From: the human T2T-CHM13v2.0 reference genome, Homo sapiens
Assembly: GCF_009914755.1 (NCBI RefSeq)
Contig: NC_060927.1
Reading direction: 5' to 3' (one strand)
DNA: 64,000 nucleotides
Part shown: piece after piece, positions 15,235 to 29,653 of the stretch
Position numbering within the stretch: position 1 is the stretch's first letter
How the letters are laid out: every line of letters begins with the position of its first letter
Notes under the pieces: model-generated
Seen by the model: only the letters and a program-made list of their open reading frames with translations
Told to the model about the DNA's origin: nothing
Database searches by the model: none
Made by a program: the position numbers and the translations under genes

Positions 15235-16030
15235 TTTTTCCTTTGTTTAGGCAGGTGACCCAGTTCTGGTCAATGAGGTGTGAGGCAAAGTCTGCAAGGC
15301 ACTTCTGGGAAAAATTTTCCTCCTTGTCAGCCGTCTTGGGACTATAAGAGACCAACCCCAACTTATTGAGGATGCAGAGTGGAAAGAAGAAGGAATATAG
15401 CTCTTTAATGATCTTGTTGAACTGCTAAATTAACCAACCCTGCGTCAGGCCTACCTCTGAACTTCTTGTTACATGATTTTATAGTCTTAGCAAAGCCACT
15501 GTTTAAGCCATTTTAGCCAGATACTCTGTTGTTTGCAGCCAAAAGCATCTAACCTCATAAAATAGGGCAAATAGGGTTCAAATATTAAGATTGCCTCTGT
15601 GTACCAATTTATACCTTGCAAAAGACTACCATTAGAAAGTTTTAAATTACAAGTAACAGAGGTACAACTCAGACCTAATATAAAAGGAATTTATTTGCTT
15701 ATGTAAATGAGAAGTCCAGAGGCAGGGCAGGCTCCAGGTGGTTTGATCTAGAAGGTTTTGACATCATCAGTAATTTGGCTTTTTTCTTCTGTGATTTTCT
15801 CAACTCTGTCTTCCCCATGTGTTGGCTTCTTCTTCAGGTTGGTTTTCTTCATGATGGAAAAACATTTGCAGTAGTTTCAGACATCACATTTCCATATCCA
15901 AGCCCTCAAACTCTGATTGTGCCATCTGGCTAGCCAGGGAGTCGAAGTGCTCTGATTGGCTTAGCCTAAGTCACCTGCACCATCCCAGGAGCAAGGGATA
16001 GAATCAGATTTCCTAGAAGCTCATGGATCC
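15235..16030. mobile_element. Two old MLT1 (I-L-like) LTR fragments in opposite orientations
   Basis: GTGACCCAGTTCTGGTCAATGAG...TTGCAGCCAAAAGCAT (+), then ACAAGTAACAGA...CTCTGATTGGCTTAGCCTAAGTCAC (-). Confidence 0.55.
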
Positions 16031-16840
16031 TTAAACAGAAAGGAGAAATGAAGTGCTGGGACCCAATCATAAACTGTCTACTCCATGGCCTGAGAATTAT
16101 AATGGAAATAGACTTTTAAAAATGTGTTTGGAATGTGTTTGTACTCTACTCACTCTCTAGAGAACGTGAGATGGAAGTAACCAATGGTGCTAGGCCCATG
16201 AATTACCAATAAAGCACAAGATCTGTTTCGCTATTTGGGAACTAAGGGTAGACCTAGCTATCTGAAAGCCTCTGCTAAGTTGTGGTTTGAATATTTGTAA
16301 GATAGGACTTCTGTTTATTTCTAGAACTAGACATCAAGGCAATCAATAGTGATTGAAAGCAGCTGCTTCAGGAGAAATGTCAAACTCTTTACTCTTTAAA
16401 AATGTTAATGGGAAATTTTAAAATCTGTGAACTCTTTTCAACACCTCTACTTTTATGAAATCCAAAATTACTAGTATAAAAAAATGCAATGCAATTTAGT
16501 CAAATCCACAGACACTTCCTGGCACAGCTGCCATTTGCACCAGAAAATGAAGCAAAATTGGCAGGATACACAACTAGCTATTTGCAGAGGCACTTGAAAT
16601 CCACAGCCTATGTTTGTACAGATTCCTGGCACATGGTGCTCAGTGGCAAACCATGGTCATCTGAGAACCTGGCTTAGGTACTCATCACCCTATAAACCTT
16701 AAATTTATTTCACACCTGCTTTTGAAACCTGGAAATAATGCCAAGTTGTTTTTCCAGATGGATTTGGCAAAAATTCCAATGCATTGTACATTAGAAACCG
16801 AGTAAATTCACTTCCTAAATTTATTGGCCATCTGGAATCT

Positions 16841-16878
<38 letters not shown>

Positions 16879-16879
16879 T

Positions 16880-17357
<478 letters not shown>

Positions 17358-17839
17358 CGACACAAACTGGGAATGGGAAAAGCTGTGGTCCCAGCATCTG
17401 CTTGTCCTGGGTTCTTCCCTCAGAAATATTGCTAGTCAGGTGAGACTAGCCATGCCTAAAGCTATAAAGATTTTGCTACCTTCTCTCAGAAAACCATTCT
17501 ACAAGCTAATTGCTTTTGTTATGGAAATGTATTCCCGAATTGAACTGCAAGGGTGATTTTGAAAATTCAGTATGGTGCAATGTGTATATAAATAAGCTGC
17601 TTAAGAGAGGAGAAAGGAGGCAGCCAGTGATAATTCCTTACTAGTGCTTTGAGATTGTCTATGGTTTAAGCAATTAACCTTTTATTTTTTCTTGAATTAA
17701 AAAAAAATGACAATTTGGGCACTTTAAATAACCACAATGGTGCTATGTTCGTGCTACAGGTAGAAAGTGTAAGTAATGGAAGACAGTGAAATTTCTCTGA
17801 CCATAAACTCCAGCTTTCCACTTTCATGTACTAAAAAGG

Positions 17840-18100
17840 CTGTATTGGGCAGTTGTTAAGAGCTTGAATCTAGGCCAGACTGCCTGGATTCTGGGCTGAA
17901 TCCTGCCTCTGCCATTTGTTAACTGGATGATCTTGAGTAAGTTACAAACTTTCCTTGTTTAGAAACCTTGGCTTCTTTATCTGTAAAATGGGGATAAGAG
18001 CAGTGCCTGGGGTATTAGAGTCATAGGGTTATAAGAGGATTACGTAAATTAACATATGTAGAGCATTGAGAGCAGCAAGCACAATTTAAGCATTAGCTGT
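17840..18100 (+). mobile_element. MIR
   Basis: GTTAAGAGC...CAGACTGCCTGG...CTTTATCTGTAAAATGGGGATAA core. Confidence 0.8.
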
Positions 18101-18349
18101 AAATATTTATGAAGTTTCAGATACATGTACTGAAGGAAGTTTTATTGGAATCCCAAGACAACTAAATCAATATGTACTTCCAAATTGTATGTTTGAAGAG
18201 AAAAGTATCTGCTTTGAAAAGTCATTCAATTACCTTATTAAAATATGAATAGAATACTATTAGTTAAAAGCTACTTGGCATATAATATTAGTCTTCAGTC
18301 TGTAAAAATATTGCAAAACATATATGATTTGAAGCTTCTACAATCTATT

Positions 18350-18538
18350 TAACAAATATTTATTGAGCACCTACCATGTGTAAGGCAATGTTCTAGCATG
18401 GGGTTGATGGTCCGTGTGTGTGTGCGCGCAAAATCTTTGCTTACATGGAGCTTACATCCTTCCAGGAAGACACATATAGTAAATAAACAAACAAGCAATG
18501 TATCAGACGGTAATAAATTCTATTAAGAAATATAGAGC
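18350..18538 (-). mobile_element. L2 3' end, abruptly truncated at 18538
   Basis: AACAAATATTTATTGAGCACCTACCATGTG...ATGGAGCTTACAT. Confidence 0.8.
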
Positions 18539-18700
18539 CGAAGCTGAGGCAGGAGAATCGTTGGAACTGGGGAGGCAGAGGCAGCAGTGAGCCGAGATCA
18601 CGTCACTGCACTCTAGCCTGGGTGACAGAGAAAGACTCCATCTCAAAAAAAAAAAAAAAAAAAAAAAAGAAAAAGAAAGAAAGGAAGGAAGGAAGGAAGG
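18539..18700 (+). mobile_element. Alu right-arm 3' remnant with A/(GAAA)/(GGAA)n tail
   Basis: Starts mid right arm (GCTGAGGCAGGAGAATCG). The left arm is absent. Confidence 0.9.
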
Positions 18701-19549
18701 AAGAAATGGCAGTGTGGAGTTTAAACCTAGGAAATCTGATTCCAAAGCTTGCATTCCATATTACCACATTATCTTCTGCACTCTCCTCCATAAACTCTCT
18801 GCTTCAGACAAGCAGACTGTACGAAACAATGACCATCACAGTGATACACCATCTTACATCTGTGTGTTATGCTCACTTACATATGAATTCCAAAGAATCA
18901 GCACGGACAACAAATTTGACTTCCCCTTTTCAATAGCAGCTCAGACTAGGAAGCAAAATATATTAAATTAAGAACAGCAACTAGAACATTCCCAAACAGA
19001 CTAGAAAGATCCTTAGCCTAGAGGTTTGTGTAAAATTGTATGTAAAATTTTGCATGCCTATGCCTTCTTCTGAGGTGAGTGCTGGGTCCTTGCCTGAAGA
19101 ATCTCTGATCCCACTAAAGGTTAAGAGTCACCATGTCAGGTAATAGTGTTTTAAAACAGATAAATATTTTTGGCCTTGTTTAAAAAAATCTCAAACAGGC
19201 AAAAATGTAGCAGAAAAATAAACATGGTTTTCATTGTCTTAATTCAAAAAGGGAAATATAGAGGAAACCACTTGTTTTTTTTTTTTTTTTAAAGGTTTGT
19301 AGGTATGGCACCACTTAGAGAATAATTGCTGGTTAGCTGAATTAAAGCAGAGGAGCTTAGTCGGGAAGAGCATATTTTGAGGGCAAATTGTAAAGAGTAG
19401 CAGATAACTTCGTAGAAAAGCAGCCACCTGGCTAGAGGAATATACTGAAGAACATGCACAACTGAGTATTATAAGCTTTCTATTTTTGAGGCAGTGCTAG
19501 AAATTCTGAGGAAAGAGAATCTAAATCAGTGGTTCTCAACTTAGAAAGT

Positions 19550-19993
19550 GTGTTATTCTGGGTCCTCTGAGAATCAGCCACCAAAATGGGATTCAATGTG
19601 AAAGGATTTTATTAGGGGAAATACCTCTGCAAGACAGAATGGGGAGAAAGGTAGACAGGCTGGGAGAACCACCAAACTGTGATGTAAGTGTGACTCTGAA
19701 AGGAGACCCAGAAGGAAGGTTAGGTGGGAATATCCTAGATCATTGAGCAGCCTAAGGAAGGTTCAGCAAGGTTCTCAGGGAGTCCTCAAGCCAAAGTCAT
19801 GAATCAGAGAAGTGCCATGTCTCCTGGGACTGGGCTTGTTTTGGTACTGAGTGTCCCTGCAGCATTCAGTCATTGGCTGGGAGCAGCCCGTGAGAATCCT
19901 GGCCTTGGCATGAACTCAGAGATGGATTGCAGTGTGGGGCCCTTAGCCAATTATGCTGTAGTTGAAATTGGAGAGGTGCAGTCTCATGGCCAC
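19550..19993 (-). mobile_element. Old ERVL solo LTR (LTR16-like)
   Basis: GGGTCCTCTGAGAATCAG...GATTTTATTAGGGGAAATACC...CAGTCATTGGCTGGGAGCAGCCC, similar to the recalled LTR16 consensus. Confidence 0.5.
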
Positions 19994-22549
19994 AGAGTGG
20001 GTATGGGAATCACTTAGGGAGCTGTGTCTATGCATCTTCCACAACTCTAGCCCTTCTACCTCAACTCAACCCCATGGAGGCCTGCTGCCTACATGAAAAG
20101 CACTGTCCAGGCAGCCAGAAACTGTGTGTGTGTATGTGTAAGAGTGTGTATGTGTGATGTCCCTCACGTGTGCTGAGATGGCAAAAGGGGTTGAGACCAT
20201 GGGAAATAGAAAAATATCTTCTGTTTTAATGTTTATTTTATAAATGCATTGTTAGGAAAGGTGTTTTGTAAACGTCTTACTAAGGATTTGCCAAAAAGTT
20301 ACTCAGTAGCTGATAAATTGCTATGTCTGTATCTTTATTTTTTTCTAAAAATTTAGAGGAATAAAATTATTCATTAAAGAGCTCCCCTGGTATATGGACA
20401 GAGCCCAGTCTCCAGAGTCCTGAGAACACTTCAGCAAAGGACAAGTTTAAATGCTCGCTGGTGAAAGATAGCTCAATAAAAATTACTTTGTGGCTAAAAC
20501 ACAGGACATTTCAGAATATATCCCCGCTGTACCTCACTCATGCCTCCCTGTGTTCCTCTCATTGGCTTTCTGCTCTTCCTTCTCACTGCAACATTCTCCT
20601 CTCTGGCTGTTTCAATAAAGCACTTCCTGCCTGCTGCAGTGCACAGGGATGTCTCTTTTTCTACTGTGGGATCTGACCTAGAGGATAGCACTTGATTATA
20701 TACAGGCATCACCCTGGAAACATGAGTACTTCAGTCCCAAAAATCAGATGTCACATGCAACAAACACTTGTGGGTTTCTATTTGCCATTGTTTTAAATGG
20801 AAAAAACTGTGTTGGCTGTTGGTCAATACTTAGCAATTCCTAAAAAGCAATGTAACACAGTAGAAAATTCTATAATTTTAAAAATGGACATGTTAGGATA
20901 TAAGTTTCTCAAATTATCACCTTCTGATCACCAGAAAGATGAATACAATTATTAACTATTGCTTTGTATGCAATAATGTGCAGTTTGCATGTCCTATACG
21001 GCAGTCACTAAACTTTGTATTAAAAAACTCCATCACGTTGAAAAACAACTGGAAGTTCAAAAATAATTTTGTAACATGCATAATATTTTCCTCAGAAATT
21101 AGAGCCAAACATAAATTAAATGAATTAAACAAAGAAAAATAAAAGCAAAATTATAAAAACTCAAAAACAACTTTTTTAGCTAAAGAAATTTTATTTAAGC
21201 TGGGACATGGTACATTTCAATACGTTTTATATGATGTGGGGTAGGGTATCCTAAAGTAAGTCCTTGGGTATTACAACAATTTTAAAGCAGCCCTGTTGAC
21301 CAGGGCCTTGGGGAATCCTCTCCTTGAGGCGATCCAGTAACCTTGCCCACCTGAAGCAGGTCCTGCTTACCTGGCTTTGTGCCCAGGCCTACTCATACTT
21401 GGACATACCTTGAGGTAACAGGCATCCTCTGATGGTGGGATCCACTCCTTCTGTCCCAAGCTTGGGCCCTAGAAGACTTTTGGTCTGGGCTCCAAAAGTC
21501 ATGAACTTGGTGGTCAGTTCTCAGGAATTCGTGTTACCCCTCCTTTGTCCTGGGTGTTCCTCCTCTCTGGAAACCCTCTGTCCTATTCCCAATTGCATGC
21601 TTTTCCTCTTGCATAGGCACTGATCTTCCAAATCAAAGTGGGATGGTCTGCTGGACAGCCTCAATACCACTGAGTAAGCTATTAGTGCCCTCCTGGGGTA
21701 AGGGGACCCAGGGATCTAGAATCCAAGGTATGGAGGTTTTTCCTAAAAAGGAAGAAGAAGAAGAGAATTATTTTTCCATTTTGGTTTGTTTGCTGCCAAG
21801 GCTACCAAAGCAAACGTTAAAAAAAAAATACATTAAAAAAGAACCAAATGGATTGATTTCTTTTTAACTCAATGTGTTACATTTGTATTTCGAGAAATAC
21901 AAAGGCTAAAAATATCTCCCTCCTTCCATCCAATTCTCTTATACATGCTTTTCTTTCCCCCTTTCCCTTTACTTCTGTGAGAATCATCTGTTTTATTGTT
22001 CAGTAATTGCTAATCCTTGGGATGAATTCCAAATGAGAATGTACTCCTCTTTTAAACTCCCAAACCACAGGATATAATTCTGTTGTAAGGTTACAGATAT
22101 TTTAAAATTAAATTCTGACATATAATCACAGCAATCAGGTCTTCTCTTCAACTTCTGACTGGGTCCTATGCAGCAAGCATAGATTCTTATCCAAAGACAT
22201 TTTCACTGAGTAGAGTTTACAATAACAATGGAGCGATATTTTATACTTACTAACATCTGTCCTAAATACAGTCTCATCATGTTTGTATGCCATAACCTTT
22301 GAGACCTACTGTTTCTTAATGTCTTTATGGATACCAGATTAGCATTGGTTTTATCTTGATTTCCTTATAATTGTAACTGTGGAGGCACTGAATCCAGATG
22401 TGATCAGCTGGTTTCAAAGGAAGACTGTATAGAAGATGGATCTCACACTATTAGAACATGAATGAATGTTGACAAGGCTGATCCTTCTTTCAAAAAGGAC
22501 CCCAAATTAGTTTATTGGTGGGAAATAAGTTACCAACACCAATATATAA

Positions 22550-23040
22550 GTTTTTTTGAAATTGTAGTAAGAAACACATATGATTATCTTAACCAGTTTT
22601 GTGTACAGTTTAGTAATGTTGCCTATATTCACATTGTTGTGAAACAGATCTCCAGAACTTTTTCATCTTGGAGAACCAAAATGCCATACCCATTAAACAA
22701 CAACTTCTCATTTTCTCCTCTTTCTAGTCTGTGGTAACCATCATTCTACTTTCTGTTTCTATGAATTTTGTTACTTTAGATACCTCATATAAGCAGAATC
22801 ATGCAGTATTTGCTTTTCTTGTTTGTGTGACAGCTTATTTCACTTAGCATAATGTTCTCAAGGTTCATCCATGTTGTATCATATGACAGGATTTCCTTCC
22901 TTTGTAAGGCTGAGAAATACATGCATCCTTTTTACATGTATACCATATTTTGCTTATCCATTCATCCATCGATGGGCATTTGGATTGCTTCCACATCTCG
23001 GTCATTGTGAATAGTACTGCTGTAAACATGGGCTTACAAA
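22550..23040 (-). mobile_element. L1M (MA/MB) 3' fragment
   Basis: ATTCTACTTTCTGTTTCTATGAAT...TTATTTCACTTAGCATAATGTTCTCAAGGTTCATCCATGTTG. Confidence 0.85.
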
Positions 23041-23225
23041 TAGAAGGTATACATTTTGAGGCATCTTTTCCTATGATGTTGTGGATTTGAGTTTATTTAA
23101 TCATATTCTCTCAGCAAAACTCATTGCGTTGTTCCTCTTTTAAAAACTGCCAGTCTTCCTATATAGCCAATGAAATAATATAAACATATTATCCAAAGAT
23201 CTTCAAGATACAGGTCAAATGATCA

Positions 23226-23532
23226 GGCTGGTCATGGTGGCTCATGCCTGCAATCTCGGCACTTTGGGAGGCCGCGGCAGGTGGATCACTTGAGGTCTGG
23301 TGTTTGAAACCAGCCTGGTCAACATAGTGAAACCCCGTCTCTACTAAAAATACAAAAATTAGCCTGGTGTGGTGGCGAGCGCCTGTAATCCCAGATAATC
23401 AGGAGGCTGAGTGAGGGAGGAGAATCATTTGAACTTGGGAGGTGGAGGTTTCAGTGAGCCAAGATCACGTCACTGCACTCCAGCCTGGATAACAGAGCAA
23501 GGCTGTGTCTCAAAAACAAAACAAAATAGAAC
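23226..23532 (+). mobile_element. AluS
   Basis: Full dimer with CAAAA-type tail. Confidence 0.9.
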
Positions 23533-23879
23533 AATGCCAACTAATCAGCCCTGCTCTATCTCCTGCTAGTCCTCTAAGATTTCCTCTTTTTGAAGCACTC
23601 AAAGCAAACAGAATATGTGTCATTTCTTCTTTCTGGAAGTCCATCCCTTCTACCCCAAACCTCTTTTTCTGATGTCAAAATCTTCCCATCCCCAAATCCT
23701 CCCATCCCCTTCTTCATGAAGCCTTCCTGCTCTCTCTAACCCAATATGATTTCTTTTTCTGAAAAATTCCCATCATATCTTGGGCCATACATAGGGTCCT
23801 AACATACTCTGCCCTGTATGTATGAGTTGCCTATAAACTTGTTGTATCTATTTACCTCTTCCAACTGATAATAGTTTAC

Positions 23880-24045
23880 TTCTATTAGTTGCTTACTATG
23901 TGCTAGGCATTGTTCTAAGTACTTCGTGTATATTAACTCCATAATTCTTACAATAGCCTATGGAATAGGTACAATAATATCCATTTTACAGATGAGAAAA
24001 TTGAAGTACACAGAGAGAAGTTAGATAACTTGCCCAGTCACACAC
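23880..24045 (-). mobile_element. MIR
   Basis: TACTATGTGCTAGGCATTGTTCTAAG...CCATTTTACAGATGAGAAAATTGAAG. Confidence 0.8.
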
Positions 24046-24069
24046 ATTGTGTGTATGTATGCAAATAAA

Positions 24070-24890
24070 CTTTTTAAAGAATAGTTTTAGGTTCATAGCA
24101 TAATTGAGCAGAAGGCACAGAGATTTCCCATTTATTCCCTGCCTCTGTATATATACAGCCTCCCCCTACTATCAAAATCCATGCCAGAGTGGTACATTTG
24201 TTACAATCAATGAACCTACATTGAGACATTGTTATCATCTAAAGTCCATAGCTTACATTAGGGTTTACTTTTGGTATTAGACATTCTTTGTATAATGACA
24301 TGTATCATACAGAATAGTTTTACTGCTCTAAAAATCGTCAGTGTTCCACTTATTCATTCTTCCCTCCTCACTGACCCCTAGTGAGCACTGATCGTTTTAC
24401 TGATTCTGTAGTTTTTCCAGAATGTCATATAGTTGGAATCACAGGGTATATAGTCTGTCCAGATTGACTTCTTTCACTTAGTAATATGCATTTACATTTC
24501 CTCCACATCTTTCCATGTAATATTTGATAGCTTGTTTTTAATGCTGAGTAATATTCCATTCTCTAGATGTACCAGTTTATCTATTCACCTACTGAAGGAC
24601 ATCTTGGTTGCTTCCATGTTTTGGCAATTAAGACTAAAACTGCTACAAACACTTGTGTGCAGGTTTTTATGTTCACATAAGTTTTCAACTAATTTTGGTA
24701 AATACCAAGGAGTGCACTTGCTGGATTACGTGGTATGTTTCGTTTTGTAAGAAACTGCCTAACCGTTTTCCAACATGGCTATTCTGTTTCGCCTTCCCAC
24801 CAGCAATGAATGACAACTCCTGTTGCTTCACATCGTCTCCAGCATTTGGTGTTGCTTTGTTTGGATTTTGGCCATTCCAATAGGTGTGTG
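24070..24890 (-). mobile_element. L1M (MB/MC) 3' fragment
   Basis: CCAGAGTGGTACATTTGTTACAATCAATGAACCTACATTG...CCCACCAGCAATGAATGA. Confidence 0.8.
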
Positions 24891-25944
24891 GTGTGTTTTG
24901 AGTGGTGAAGATGGGTGCATATTCATTATTCTAGGGTGGAAATATAAGAGAGCAATAGAGTGGAGGCAGTGAACTCTTGTACAGGGAGCACTAACCCAAG
25001 AATGGCAATTTCTTCCATTACAGGAGGGCTCCCAACACCTTCTACCTGACTTTAGAATTGGCAAGTTGAAAGTCACCACAGGAATTATACTCTGCATGCT
25101 TACATTTTTGTTAACAACATTGGTCAGTGTGCAACTGCATATTTGTGAATGATTATATGTTAAAGGTCTTTCTTATTGCAAGCTCTGTGAAGAAAGGGTC
25201 GGTGTCTATTTTGCCTGGTTCCTAGTACAGTCCTGACATATGTTGCTAAGTAAGTGATAAATTTACAAATAGATGAATTAGCAAATGAATGAATTGTATC
25301 CTGCAGTGGTGAGAAAAATAGCTGGAGGACTGTACCCTTGAGCACAGCAGACTCTCATGCACACAGAGGCATGAAAAGCCTACTTCCCTGTTCTAAGCAT
25401 GATGAAAAAGGCACAAATTATGAAAGAGTAAAATTGACTTTGTAAAAATAAATATAAACAATAACAAGAAATCAAATAAATCTCCTTATATTTCAAACAT
25501 CATAAACAATGGAAAGGTAAATGACAAGATGGGGAAAATATATACTACCTGAATGATAGTTTTAGTACATCAACAGTTTTAACATTTCAGGAAAAAAAAA
25601 GACAAACACCCTAGTAGAAAAATGGACAAAGACATCTATTTTGTAAAGATGTTTGTTTTTGCAAAGAATTTCCCTCTGTCTGTAATGTAAGCTTAGTCTT
25701 AAGATAAAGTGAGCAAGAATGTAAATGTAAAAAAAAAATTTACAAATGAAAAAAATCTATATGGCCTTTAATGTTTTCTGTCTGCTAGTAAAATTAATCT
25801 TCAACTATTCCTGGGTGACTTAGTCTTTGACTTTCTTTTTGTTGCTATTCATGATTCAAAATCACACTAATTAGTTTTGCTATTTACTAGCAATGTTGGA
25901 GAGACTTTGAGTGGAGCTGAAATAATGATTTCAGAATAACTATC

Positions 25945-26884
25945 TTCATTCATTTATGAACATATATTTATAGTATGTCTACTATATTCCAGGGATTGTA
26001 TTGGTGCTTGGATTACAATGGAGAGTAAAACAGATGCAGTTCCTGCTCTCATGGAGCATATAAACTAGTGAGAATGGGAAAAAAGACATTAATTTTAAAA
26101 ATCCTAACAAATATATATTTATAATTCTGGTGAGCACTCTGAAGTACAGGTTGCCATGAGAGGGGGTGAGAAGGACTTCACTGTGATTGAAGAGTCAGGA
26201 AGGCTCTTGAGAGTGTTTTACAAGCTAAGATCTGAGGGATAATAGTTAACTAGGAAGAGTGTGAGTGGGAGAGCAGGCTTGGGAAGGTCAGTATTCCAGC
26301 TATATGGAACTGCATGAATAAAGGCCCTGAGTCAGGAGAAAGTTTGGTGCTTTATAGGAACTGTAAAAAAGCAAATGTGGCTGAAGAGGATGGACTGAGG
26401 TAGGAAGTGGCATGGAAAAGGCTGAGGAGAAGTTCACAGTAAAGATTTTTGTCTTTATTCTAAGAGCAATGACAAGTCTTCTAAAGTTTTTAAGTAAGAT
26501 TGTTGCAGGATTAGATTTGTGACTTTAAAAAGAGTCACAGTTTTTTTATTTTTTCTTATTTTTATAATCTCATATCCATCCCCCACCTCCACCAGATATC
26601 TTCTCTGGCTGCTATAGGTACTGTGGATTGTAAGAAGGGAAAACTGACTACAGAGAAATAAATGGGAAGGCTATAGCAGTGTCCTAGGTGGGAAGTGATG
26701 GTCAATTGGATGAGAGCTATCATAACAAAGGTAGAAAGCAGTGCACATATTAGTGCTCACATATTGGCTTTATTGGTGGTAAAATCAACAGGGTTTGATG
26801 ATTTGTTTATGGGGAATGAGGAAGATGGAGAAATGAAGAGTAACTTAGGTTTCTGGCTAGTGCAAATGGAGATGGGTGGTGCCA

Positions 26885-26915
<31 letters not shown>

Positions 26916-27110
26916 AACACTGGAGGGGGCCAACAGCTTGATTTCGAATGTGTTGACCTTGAAATTAGTTTAGCAGAAATGTTAATTATTTGGATGCAGA
27001 AGAGGAGAGGTCTGACTACAAAAATGTATTTAGGAGTTTATTAAGATTGTAACTGATTTTTTTCTTGGGCACAGATGGGAAGTTCTAGGGTGATAATAAA
27101 GTGAGAGAAA
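25945..27110 (-). mobile_element. L2
   Basis: TTCATTCATTTATGAACATATATTTA 3' end followed by long purine-rich antisense L2 body. Contains (GA)n at ~26890-26916. Confidence 0.75.
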
Positions 27111-28790
27111 AGGGCTTTCAGTGAAATTTGGAAAAAATTCAAAATTTACTAAGGCATGCTTTCTTTTTCCTTCTTTTTGTATGTCCTTTTAATATTTTTA
27201 CTTTAAAATTAAAATTGTTTTTTGTTCTCATAGTTGAGCTAATTTTTTTCAGAAAATTTCTGATTTTCTCTTATTTCTATAATGTCACATTCTCCCCACC
27301 CGCTGAATATTTTTCTCCTTGAGGTGAGCTAATTCAAAATTAGGCCACTCATTTTTTGGGTTATTACAGATAGTTCAGTAAATTATCTTTGGTTCTAAAT
27401 TATTTGCTTAGGTTTGATTCCATCAGTTCAAATAAAACAAATCAGTAAATTAACCTGCAAGGTAAGCAAAGAAGAATGTTCCATTGCCCATCCATAGGCT
27501 TTTTTACATATTGCATTGCTTCAGAGATTTTGTTCTTCTCTAAATAGACATTGTGAGAGACATTAAATCAGGATGAGCCATCACAGTGTCTATCATCAGA
27601 CTACATAGATGATAAGAACTCGGTATGAACAAATGCATTATCAGGCACAAAGAGAGCAGAGGAAATGAGATGAGAAGACCAAAGGAATAGCTGAAAAAAA
27701 ATAAAGACTTTTGTCTACAGGATAATTGCATTTATTTTATTTTATTTGAAACAGAAGACTTCCTTCAGTAGCAAAAACTGCTCTGTGGTTAAAAAAAAAA
27801 TTGGCAAGGAGATGTTTTTCCAGCAAGCCCTTAGCTTGCTTAGCTTGCAAGAAAAACAAAACAAAACAGATGACTGGAAGGGAGACCTGAATAAAAGGAT
27901 AAAATCCATAAGGATAAAAGCGATGTGGATAGAAAACAAGTGAAAACTAGATTCTATCTCAGAAAAATATGCTTTTCTGTTACCTAGAATCTCTTCCCTC
28001 CCTCTCTCTCTGCCCCCCCCCCCCAGACAAACTGAAAACAAAAGTGGAAAGAGAGATGTAGATTAGTTGTAAGAAATACTTTCTTGTAGAAAAAAGGTGT
28101 TAAACATTGTATGTATTAGGCTAATAAAGGAAAGTCCCCAATTCCTTTCTTTAGTTGTTCTTAAAAGAAAAAGGCAATTTTGTTTGTCTTTCCCTGAAAT
28201 ATGGCTGCATTCCAGTAGACCAAGGAGGTTGTATAAGATAAAAAACCAATCAAACAAAAATGACTAGTCATTCTTCACTATTAGGTCTCTGACGTTATAA
28301 AAAATAGTAATAACAATAAATACTTTCCTTCTCCCCTCACTTAACTGAGCATTCATTTTCTTGACTTCTAGTAGATCTTTTCTTTCTTTCTAGTAGATCT
28401 ACTGAAAAAAAATTATAAAAAGTAGTAATTGATTAATGCCACAGCATAATCTCAGGATGTGAGTGAAATGAAAGTCATCTGAGAACATTTAGAATGAGAA
28501 ACTACATAGGCAAACAGATTAACTAGACCTGTGCTGGTGATGATTCTGATGTTTCCTTGGGATGTTGCAAGAAAGAAACAAACAAGCAGATGTCAAGAAC
28601 ACATGTTACGTGAGGGTTTGGTGCAGAAAACAAAAACAAAAACACATTAGGTTCTTGAAGAAGAAAGTTATTTAATACAGGGAATTAGGCACTCACAATA
28701 GCATTGCAAGGCTCTAAGCAGTTGAAATCAGGGGCTGTCATTAGGCAATGGCTCAATTTCCACAAAACTGGAGACTAGAAAGGGGAACCT

Positions 28791-29000
28791 GGCTGGGTGC
28801 TGTGGCTCATGCCTATAATCCCAGCACTTTGGGAGACCAAGGCAGGTGAATTGCTTGAGCCCAGAGTTTGAGATGAGCCTGGGTAACACCTGTGCCTGGG
28901 GAGGTTGAGGCTGCAGTAATCGGGTCACTGCACTCCAGCCTGGGTGACAGAATGAGACACCATTTCAAAAAATTTTAAAAACAATAAATACATAACTAAA
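28791..29000 (+). mobile_element. AluJ with internal deletion, within an old LTR-like region (~28600-29280)
   Basis: Left-arm 5' part joined to right-arm 3' part. GAACCT flanks both sides. Confidence 0.8.
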
Positions 29001-29304
29001 AGGAAAGAGAACCTGATTTGGCCACTCAAACACTCAGTTTACCAGAGCTTGGCCAGCAGCCAGCAGAGCTGTAGGAAAAATAGTTTCTGTCTCTTCTCTG
29101 CATTCCAAATCTCACACAAGGTCATCTCATCAGTAAAACCTAAATTACAGTAAAAATTCCAGCTGGAAGGGATTCTGGAAAACGTAGTTTTTGTTCTTTA
29201 ATTTTCATGATTGGAAGGGAGGGAATTTAGATGGAGGTAGAAATGGATGTTGAGATTCAATAGACAATATCTAGAACACACATATTCCTCCAGCAGAAGA
29301 GTGT

Positions 29305-29653
29305 TGCCAGTCTGTTGTTAAACATAGGCACTATGAAAATTAAATTATGTAATTTGTAATTAAGTAAACTATATTAAAGACAAAGGTAATAAATATTAAT
29401 CACCTCTTATTTTACATTTTGATACTACTTATGTTCTTGATGTTATTTACATCTATCATGTCCATTTGATGGCAATATTGTATAATAGTGGGCTACTGAG
29501 CAACTATTTCCAGCTTCGTGGTCAGTGGTACAGTTTGAAATCAACCATGGTGAGAGGATTTCTACCATGAAAATTGGCAAACACAGCAGAGCTGAGTCTT
29601 TACCTCCTCTTCCTAGAGGTCAGGTGGTTAAACATTTACTTGCACAACACTGG
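29305..29653. mobile_element. Old hAT DNA transposon remnant (Arthur1-like)
   Basis: Ends GGTTAAACATTTACTTGCACAACACTGG, resembling a recalled hAT-Tip100 terminus. Family name uncertain. Confidence 0.4.
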
